Assembly: GCF_009914755.1 (NCBI RefSeq) | Contig: NC_060939.1 | Origin: the human T2T-CHM13v2.0 reference genome, Homo sapiens | DNA length: 64,000 bases | Direction: 5' to 3' (one strand) | Part shown: in pieces, positions 55,101 through 64,000 of the stretch | Layout: every line of letters begins with the position of its first letter | How positions within the stretch are numbered: the first letter of the stretch is position 1 | Program-made: the position numbers and the translations under genes | The notes under the pieces: generated by a model | Told to the model about the DNA's origin: nothing | Seen by the model: only the letters and a program-made list of their open reading frames with translations | Database searches by the model: none

Positions 55101-57677
55101 AAAGAGTGTTTCAAAACAGCTCAATCAAAATAAACTTTCAACTCTGTGAGATCAATGCACACATCACAAAGAAGTTTCTCAGAATGCTTCTGTGTAGTTT
55201 TTTTTGTGAAGATATTTGATTTTCCACAGCAGGCTTCCAAGCACTCCAAATATCCACTCGCAGATTCTGCAAAAAGAGAGATTCAAATCTGCTGAATCAA
55301 AAGATAGGTTTAACTCTGTGACTTCAATGCACACCTCACAAGGGTGTTTCTCAGAAAGCTTCTGTGTAGTTTTTATATGAAGATATCTCCTTCTCCAAAG
55401 CAGGTCTCAAAGCCCTCCAAATATTCACTTCAAGATTCTACGGAAAGATTGTCTCAACACTGCTAAATCTAAACAAATGTTCAACTCTGTGTGATGAATG
55501 CACTCATCACAGAGAAGTTTCTCTGAATGCCTCTGTGTAGTTTTTATTTGAAGATATTTGCTTTTCCAGTATAGGGCGAAATAGGGCTCCAAATATTCAC
55601 TTGCAGATTCTACAAAAGGAGAGATTCCAAACTGCTCAATCAAAACATAGGTTCAACACTGTGAGTTGAATGCACACATCACAAAGAAGTTTCACAGAGT
55701 GCTTCTGGGTAGTTTTTATTTGAGGATATTTCCCTTTCCACAATAGGCCTCAAAGCTTTCCAAATATCCACTTGCAGATTCTGCAAAAAGAGAGATACAA
55801 AACTGCTCTATCAAAAGATAGATTCGACTCTGTGAGTTGAATGCCAACATCGCAAAGAAGTTTCTCAGAATGCTTCTCTGCAGCTTTTTTGTGAGTATGT
55901 TTCGTTTTCCACCATAGGGCGAAATGGGGCTCCAAATATCCACTTGCATTTCCTACAAAAAGAGAGATTCTAAGCTGCTCAATCAAAACATTGTTTCAAC
56001 ACGGTTAGTTGAATGCACACATCCCAAAGATGTTTTTCAGAGTGCTTCTGTGTGGTTTTTATGTGAAGATACTTCCTTTTCCACAATAGGCCTCAAATCT
56101 CTGTAAATATCCACTTGCAGACTCTACAAAGAGTGTTTCCAAACTCCTCAATCATAAGATAGGTTCAACTCTGATAGTTGAATGCACACATCACAAAGAA
56201 GTTTCTCGGAAAGCTTCTGTGTAGTTTTTGATGAAGATATCTTCTTCTCTAAAACAGAACTCCAAGCCCTCCAAATATTCACTTCAAGATTCTACGGAAA
56301 GATTGTCTCAAACTGCTAAATCAAAACAAAGGTTCAACTCTGTGTGATGAATGCATTCATCACAAAGAAGTTTCTCTGAGTGCTTCTGTGCAGTTTTTAT
56401 TTGAAGATAATTGCTTTTCCAGTATAGGGCGAAATAGGGCTCCAAATATTCACTTGCAGATTCTACAGAAAGAGAGATTCCAAACTGCTCAATCAAAACA
56501 TAGGTTCAACACTGTGAGTTGAATGCATACATCGCAAAGAAGTTTCACAGAGTACTTCTGGGTGGTTTTTATTTGAAGATATTTCCCTTTCCACAATAGG
56601 CCTCAAAGCTTTCCAAATGTCCACTTGCAGATTCCACCAAAAGAGTGTTTCGAAACTGCTCAATCAAAAGAAAGGTTCTACTCTGTGGGATGAATGCACA
56701 CATCACAAAGTAGTTTCTCAGAATGCTTCTGTGTAGTTTTTATGTGAAGATATTTGTTTTTCCACAGTAGGCCCCAAAGAGCTCCAAATATTCACTTGCA
56801 GATTCTACAAAAAGAGTGTTCCAAAACTGCTCAATCATGAAATAGGATCAACCCTGTGAGATGAATGTACGTATGACAGAGAAGTTTCTCAGAATGCTTC
56901 TGTGTAGTTTTTATGCGAAGATATTCGACTTTCCACAGTACGCCTCAAAGTTCTCCAATTATCCACTCGTAGATCCTGCAAAAAGAGAGATTCAAAACTG
57001 CTCAATCAAAAGATAGTTTCTACTCCATTAGCTGAAAGACCACATCACAAAAAAAGTTTCTCAGGATGCTTCTGTGTAGTTTTTATGTGAAGATATTTGG
57101 TTTTCCACAGTAGGCCTCAAAGCGCTCCAAATATCCACTCACAGATTCTGCAAAAAGAGAGATTCAAAACTGCTGAATCAAAAGACAGTTTCAACTCTGT
57201 GACTTCAGTGCACACCTCACAAGGATGTTTCTCAGAATGCTTCTGTGTAGTTTTTATATAAAGATATCTCCTTCTCCAAAATGGATCTCAAAGTTCTCCA
57301 AATATTCACTTCCAGATTCTATGGAAAGATTGTCTCAAAACTGCTCAATCAAACCAAAGGTTCAACTCTGTGAGATGAATGCCCACATCACAAAGAAGTT
57401 TCTCAGAGTACTTCTGTGTAGTTTCTATTTGAGGATAGTTCCTTTTCCACCACAGACCAGAAAGGGCTCCAAATATCCATTGCAGATGGTACAAAAAGTG
57501 AGATTCAAAACTGCTCAATCCAAAGGTAGTTTCAACCATGTGATATGAATGCACACAGCACAGAGAATTTTCTCAAAATGCGTCTGTCTAGTTTTTATTT
57601 GAAGATATTTCCTTTTCTACCATAGGCCACAAACGTCTCCAAATATCCACATGCAGCTTCTACAAAAAGAGAGATTC
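34141..57677. repeat. Second copy of a multi-HOR block (copies 11-17) duplicating copies 1-7 at +34,140 bp
   Basis: The haplotype order XXYXYZZ is the same, with the same alleles at offsets 406, 421, 1493, 1548 and 3011 in copies 1-7 and 11-17. Confidence 0.8.
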
Positions 57678-60600
57678 CAAACTTCTCAATCAAAAGATAG
57701 GTTCAACTCTGTGAGTTGAAAGCACACCTCACAGAGAAGTTTCTCAGAGTGCTTCTGTGTGTTTTTATGTGAAGATATTTCCTTTTCCACAATAGGCCTC
57801 AAAGCTCTCCAAATATCTGCGAGCAGAGTCTACAAAATGAGAGATTCAAAACTGCTCAATGAAAAGATAGGTTCAACTCTGTGAGTTGAATGCACACCTC
57901 CAAAGAAGTTTCTCAGAATGCTTCCGTGTAGTTTTTATGTGAAGATATTTACTTTTCCACAGTTGTCCCAAAGCTCTAAAATGTCCACTTGCAGACCCTC
58001 CAAAAGAGTGTTTCAGAATTGCTCAATCAAAGGGAAGGTTCAATTCTGTGTGACCAATGCACTCATCACAAAGAAGTTTGTCTGAATGCTTCTGTGTAGA
58101 ATTGATTTGAAGATAATTCCTTTTCCACCACAGTCCGCAAAGGGCTAAAAATATCCACTTGCCGATTCCACAAAAAGAGAGATTCAAAACTGCTCAATCA
58201 CAAGATAGGTTCAACTTGGTAATTGGAAAGCACACATGACAAACAATTTCTGAGAATGTTTCTGTGTAGTTTTTAAGGGAAGATATTTGATTTTCAAATG
58301 TAGGCCTCAAATCGCTCCAAATATCCACTTGCATATTGTACAAAAAGAGAGATTCAAAACTGGTCACTCAAAAGTTAGGTCCAGCTCTGTGAGCTGAATG
58401 CACACATCACAAAGATGTTTCTCAGAAGGTTTCTGTATAGTTTTTATATGAAGATATTGGCTTTTCCACAATATGCCTCAAATCTCCCCAATTATCCACT
58501 TGCAGATTCTAGAAAAAGAGTGTTTCAAAACAGCTCAATCAAAATAAACTTTCAACTCTGTGAGATCAATGCACACATCACAAAGAAGTTTCTCAGAATG
58601 CTTCTGTGTAGTTTTTTTTGTGAAGATATTTGATTTTCCACAGCAGGCTTCCAAGCACTCCAAATATCCACTCGCAGATTCTGCAAAAAGAGAGATTCAA
58701 ATCTGCTGAATCAAAAGATAGGTTTAACTCTGTGACTTCAATGCACACCTCACAAGGGTGTTTCTCAGAAAGCTTCTGTGTAGTTTTTATATGAAGATAT
58801 CTCCTTCTCCAAAGCAGGTCTCAAAGCCCTCCAAATATTCACTTCAAGATTCTACGGAAAGATTGTCTCAACACTGCTAAATCTAAACAAATGTTCAACT
58901 CTGTGTGATGAATGCACTCATCACAGAGAAGTTTCTCTGAATGCCTCTGTGTAGTTTTTATTTGAAGATATTTGCTTTTCCAGTATAGGGCGAAATAGGG
59001 CTCCAAATATTCACTTGCAGATTCTACAAAAGGAGAGATTCCAAACTGCTCAATCAAAACATAGGTTCAACACTGTGAGTTGAATGCACACATCACAAAG
59101 AAGTTTCACAGAGTGCTTCTGGGTAGTTTTTATTTGAGGATATTTCCCTTTCCACAATAGGCCTCAAAGCTTTCCAAATATCCACTTGCAGATTCTGCAA
59201 AAAGAGAGATACAAAACTGCTCTATCAAAAGATAGATTCGACTCTGTGAGTTGAATGCCAACATCGCAAAGAAGTTTCTCAGAATGCTTCTCTGCAGCTT
59301 TTTTGTGAGTATGTTTCGTTTTCCACCATAGGGCGAAATGGGGCTCCAAATATCCACTTGCATTTCCTACAAAAAGAGAGATTCTAAGCTGCTCAATCAA
59401 AACATTGTTTCAACACGGTTAGTTGAATGCACACATCCCAAAGATGTTTTTCAGAGTGCTTCTGTGTGGTTTTTATGTGAAGATACTTCCTTTTCCACAA
59501 TAGGCCTCAAATCTCTGTAAATATCCACTTACAGACTCTACAAAGAGTGTTTCCAAACTCCTCAATCATAAGATAGGTTCAACTCCGATAGTTGAATGCA
59601 CACATCACAAAGAAGTTTCTCGGAAAGCTTCTGTGTAGTTTTTGATGAAGATATCTTCTTCTCTAAAACAGAACTCCAAGCCCTCCAAATATTCACTTCA
59701 AGATTCTACGGAAAGATTGTCTCAAACTGCTAAATCAAAACAAAGGTTCAACTCTGTGTGATGAATGCATTCATCACAAAGAAGTTTCTCTGAGTGCTTC
59801 TGTGCAGTTTTTATTTGAAGATAATTGCTTTTCCAGTATAGGGCGAAATAGGGCTCCAAATATTCACTTGCAGATTCTACAGAAAGAGAGATTCCAAACT
59901 GCTCAATCAAAACATAGGTTCAACACTGTGAGTTGAATGCATACATCGCAAAGAAGTTTCACAGAGTACTTCTGGGTGGTTTTTATTTGAAGATATTTCC
60001 CTTTCCACAATAGGCCTCAAAGCTTTCCAAATGTCCACTTGCAGATTCCACCAAAAGAGTGTTTCGAAACTGCTCAATCAAAAGAAAGGTTCTACTCTGT
60101 GGGATGAATGCACACATCACAAAGTAGTTTCTCAGAATGCTTCTGTGTAGTTTTTATGTGAAGATATTTGTTTTTCCACAGTAGGCCCCAAAGAGCTCCA
60201 AATATTCACTTGCAGATTCTACAAAAAGAGTGTTCCAAAACTGCTCAATCATGAAATAGGATCAACCCTGTGAGATGAATGTACGTATGACAGAGAAGTT
60301 TCTCAGAATGCTTCTGTGTAGTTTTTATGCGAAGATATTCGACTTTCCACAGTACGCCTCAAAGTTCTCCAATTATCCACTCGTAGATCCTGCAAAAAGA
60401 GAGATTCAAAACTGCTCAATCAAAAGATAGTTTCTACTCCATTAGCTGAAAGACCACATCACAAAAAAAGTTTCTCAGGATGCTTCTGTGTAGTTTTTAT
60501 GTGAAGATATTTGGTTTTCCACAGTAGGCCTCAAAGCGCTCCAAATATCCACTCACAGATTCTGCAAAAAGAGAGATTCAAAACTGCTGAATCAAAAGAC

Positions 60601-63600
60601 AGTTTCAACTCTGTGACTTCAGTGCACACCTCACAAGGATGTTTCTCAGAATGCTTCTGTGTAGTTTTTATATAAAGATATCTCCTTCTCCAAAATGGAT
60701 CTCAAAGTTCTCCAAATATTCACTTCCAGATTCTATGGAAAGATTGTCTCAAAACTGCTCAATCAAACCAAAGGTTCAACTCTGTGAGATGAATGCCCAC
60801 ATCACAAAGAAGTTTCTCAGAGTACTTCTGTGTAGTTTCTATTTGAGGATAGTTCCTTTTCCACCACAGACCAGAAAGGGCTCCAAATATCCATTGCAGA
60901 TGGTACAAAAAGTGAGATTCAAAACTGCTCAATCCAAAGGTAGTTTCAACCATGTGATATGAATGCACACAGCACAGAGAATTTTCTCAAAATGCGTCTG
61001 TCTAGTTTTTATTTGAAGATATTTCCTTTTCTACCATAGGCCACAAACGTCTCCAAATATCCACATGCAGCTTCTACAAAAAGAGAGATTCAAAACTTCT
61101 CAATCAAAAGATAGGTTCAACTCTGTGAGTTGAAAGCACACCTCACAGAGAAGTTTCTCAGAGTGCTTCTGTGTGTTTTTATGTGAAGATATTTCCTTTT
61201 CCACAATAGGCCTCAAAGCTCTCCAAATATCTGCGAGCAGAGTCTACAAAATGAGAGATTCAAAACTGCTCAATGAAAAGATAGGTTCAACTCTGTGAGT
61301 TGAATGCACACCTCCAAAGAAGTTTCTCAGAATGCTTCCGTGTAGTTTTTATGTGAAGATATTTACTTTTCCACAGTTGTCCCAAAGCTCTAAAATGTCC
61401 ACTTGCAGACCCTCCAAAAGAGTGTTTCAGAATTGCTCAATCAAAGGGAAGGTTCAATTCTGTGTGACCAATGCACTCATCACAAAGAAGTTTGTCTGAA
61501 TGCTTCTGTGTAGAATTGATTTGAAGATAATTCCTTTTCCACCACAGTCCGCAAAGGGCTAAAAATATCCACTTGCCGATTCCACAAAAAGAGAGATTCA
61601 AAACTGCTCAATCACAAGATAGGTTCAACTTGGTAATTGGAAAGCACACATGACAAACAATTTCTGAGAATGTTTCTGTGTAGTTTTTAAGGGAAGATAT
61701 TTGATTTTCAAATGTAGGCCTCAAATCGCTCCAAATATCCACTTGCATATTGTACAAAAAGAGAGATTCAAAACTGGTCACTCAAAAGTTAGGTCCAGCT
61801 CTGTGAGCTGAATGCACACATCACAAAGATGTTTCTCAGAAGGTTTCTGTATAGTTTTTATATGAAGATATTTGCTTTTCCACAATATGTCTCAAATCTC
61901 CCCAATTATCCACTTGCAGATTCTAGAAAAAGAGTGTTTCAAAACAGCTCAATCAAAATAAACTTTCAACTCTGTGAGATCAATGCACACATCACAAAGA
62001 AGTTTCTCAGAATGCTTCTGTGTAGTTTTTTTTGTGAAGATATTTGATTTTCCACAGCAGGCTTCCAAGCACTCCAAATATCCACTCGCAGATTCTGCAA
62101 AAAGAGAGATTCAAATCTGCTGAATCAAAAGATAGGTTTAACTCTGTGACTTCAATGCACACCTCACAAGGGTGTTTCTCAGAAAGCTTCTGTGTAGTTT
62201 TTATATGAAGATATCTCCTTCTCCAAAGCAGGTCTCAAAGCCCTCCAAATATTCACTTCAAGATTCTACGGAAAGATTGTCTCAACACTGCTAAATCTAA
62301 ACAAATGTTCAACTCTGTGTGATGAATGCACTCATCACAGAGAAGTTTCTCTGAATGCCTCTGTGTAGTTTTTATTTGAAGATATTTGCTTTTCCAGTAT
62401 AGGGCGAAATAGGGCTCCAAATATTCACTTGCAGATTCTACAAAAGGAGAGATTCCAAACTGCTCAATCAAAACATAGGTTCAACACTGTGAGTTGAATG
62501 CACACATCACAAAGAAGTTTCACAGAGTGCTTCTGGGTAGTTTTTATTTGAGGATATTTCCCTTTCCACAATAGGCCTCAAAGCTTTCCAAATATCCACT
62601 TGCAGATTCTGCAAAAAGAGAGATACAAAACTGCTCTATCAAAAGATAGATTCGACTCTGTGAGTTGAATGCCAACATCGCAAAGAAGTTTCTCAGAATG
62701 CTTCTCTGCAGCTTTTTTGTGAGTATGTTTCGTTTTCCACCATAGGGCGAAATGGGGCTCCAAATATCCACTTGCATTTCCTACAAAAAGAGAGATTCTA
62801 AGCTGCTCAATCAAAACATTGTTTCAACACGGTTAGTTGAATGCACACATCCCAAAGATGTTTTTCAGAGTGCTTCTGTGTGGTTTTTATGTGAAGATAC
62901 TTCCTTTTCCACAATAGGCCTCAAATCTCTGTAAATATCCACTTGCAGACTCTACAAAGAGTGTTTCCAAACTCCTCAATCATAAGATAGGTTCAACTCT
63001 GATAGTTGAATGCACACATCACAAAGAAGTTTCTCGGAAAGCTTCTGTGTAGTTTTTGATGAAGATATCTTCTTCTCTAAAACAGAACTCCAAGCCCTCC
63101 AAATATTCACTTCAAGATTCTACGGAAAGATTGTCTCAAACTGCTAAATCAAAACAAAGGTTCAACTCTGTGTGATGAATGCATTCATCACAAAGAAGTT
63201 TCTCTGAGTGCTTCTGTGCAGTTTTTATTTGAAGATAATTGCTTTTCCAGTATAGGGCGAAATAGGGCTCCAAATATTCACTTGCAGATTCTACAGAAAG
63301 AGAGATTCCAAACTGCTCAATCAAAACATAGGTTCAACACTGTGAGTTGAATGCATACATCGCAAAGAAGTTTCACAGAGTACTTCTGGGTGGTTTTTAT
63401 TTGAAGATATTTCCCTTTCCACAATAGGCCTCAAAGCTTTCCAAATGTCCACTTGCAGATTCCACCAAAAGAGTGTTTCGAAACTGCTCAATCAAAAGAA
63501 AGGTTCTACTCTGTGGGATGAATGCACACATCACAAAGTAGTTTCTCAGAATGCTTCTGTGTAGTTTTTATGTGAAGATATTTGTTTTTCCACAGTAGGC

Positions 63601-64000
63601 CCCAAAGAGCTCCAAATATTCACTTGCAGATTCTACAAAAAGAGTGTTCCAAAACTGCTCAATCATGAAATAGGATCAACCCTGTGAGATGAATGTACGT
63701 ATGACAGAGAAGTTTCTCAGAATGCTTCTGTGTAGCTTTTATGCGAAGATATTCGACTTTCCACAGTACGCCTCAAAGTTCTCCAATTATCCACTCGTAG
63801 ATCCTGCAAAAAGAGAGATTCAAAACTGCTCAATCAAAAGATAGTTTCTACTCCATTAGCTGAAAGACCACATCACAAAAAAAGTTTCTCAGGATGCTTC
63901 TGTGTAGTTTTTATGTGAAGATATTTGGTTTTCCACAGTAGGCCTCAAAGCGCTCCAAATATCCACTCACAGATTCTGCAAAAAGAGAGATTCAAAACTG
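57678..64000. repeat. Duplicate of about 47436-53758 at +10,242 bp (3 HOR units)
   Basis: Both segments show offset-3054 C, then a Y copy, then a Z copy with the rare T>C at offset 2284 (53494 and 63736). Confidence 0.75.

Larger units (their letters stand above)
1..64000. repeat. Alpha-satellite (alphoid) 20-mer HOR array, about 18.75 tandem copies of a 3,414-bp unit, all in one orientation and extending beyond both window edges
   Basis: The alphoid consensus (ttcaactctgtgagttgaatgcacacatcacaaagaagtttctcagaatgcttctgtgtag...ctccaaatatccacttgcagattctacaaaaagag) recurs about every 171 bp. Every ORF in the track recurs at exactly +3414 (377, 3791, 7205 ... 61829). Copies start at 1, 3415, 6829, 10243, 13657, 17071, 20485, 23899, 27313, 30727, 34141, 37555, 40969, 44383, 47797, 51211, 54625, 58039 and 61453. 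The + strand is the reverse complement of the usual 'cattctcagaaacttctttgtgatg' reading of the consensus. Confidence 0.99.
1..64000. other. CENP-B-box-free (A-type-only) SF4-like HOR; tentatively the human chr15 inactive 20-mer array S4C15H3
   Basis: The A/B-box position reads ttccttttccac(a/c)ataggcctc or variants in all 20 monomers and never cccgtttccaacgaa. The assignment to S4C15H3 rests only on my recollection that chr15 has a homogeneous SF4 20-mer HOR; I have not aligned it. Confidence 0.6.

Noticed and set aside
377-63324. About 150 short ORFs (60-107 aa) repeating every 3,414 bp
   Set aside because: They are chance translations of alphoid monomers (MFLRMLLCSF and HSEKLLCD motifs), overlap on both strands, and show no gene structure or recognisable domain.
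1-64000. CRISPR-like or other repeat-spacer system
   Set aside because: There are no unique spacers and no cas or other genes; the sequence is entirely tandem alphoid monomers.
1-64000. Identification as DYZ3 or an active SF1-3 array
   Set aside because: DYZ3 is a ~5.8-kb 34-mer and SF1-3 arrays carry regular CENP-B boxes; neither fits a box-free 3,414-bp 20-mer.
1-64000. L1/Alu insertion, inversion or embedded foreign sequence
   Set aside because: The exact 3,414-bp register and constant orientation throughout leave no room for one.
1-64000. Synthetic or Markov-model centromere sequence (GRCh38-style) or a collapsed assembly
   Set aside because: SNV linkage over more than 1 kb and multi-HOR block patterns are not expected from monomer-level models, and distinct haplotypes argue against collapse. 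Local copy-number error cannot be excluded without reads.

Overview
The whole 64-kb window is one uninterrupted primate (very probably human) alpha-satellite higher-order repeat (HOR) array. It holds 18 complete head-to-tail copies of an exactly 3,414-bp unit plus 2,548 bp of a 19th. Each unit has 20 diverged monomers of about 171 bp. I found no genes, RNA genes, transposon insertions, inversions or net indels; the ORF track is satellite noise repeating every 3,414 bp. None of the 20 monomers carries a canonical CENP-B box, which fits an SF4-type, probably kinetochore-inactive HOR. The best candidate from memory, not verified, is the chr15 20-mer S4C15H3. The informative structure lies in about 12 SNVs read by eye. 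They sort the copies into three haplotypes (X, Y, Z) in the order X X Y X Y Z Z Z Z X X X Y X Y Z Z Y Z. This order shows a 10-HOR (34,140-bp) macro-duplication, a younger 3-HOR (10,242-bp) duplication, XY dimers, a homogeneous Z run and two mosaic copies. Older 5- and 11-monomer-offset duplications are visible inside the HOR unit. I see no evidence of a new gene-based system; the findings concern array evolution.
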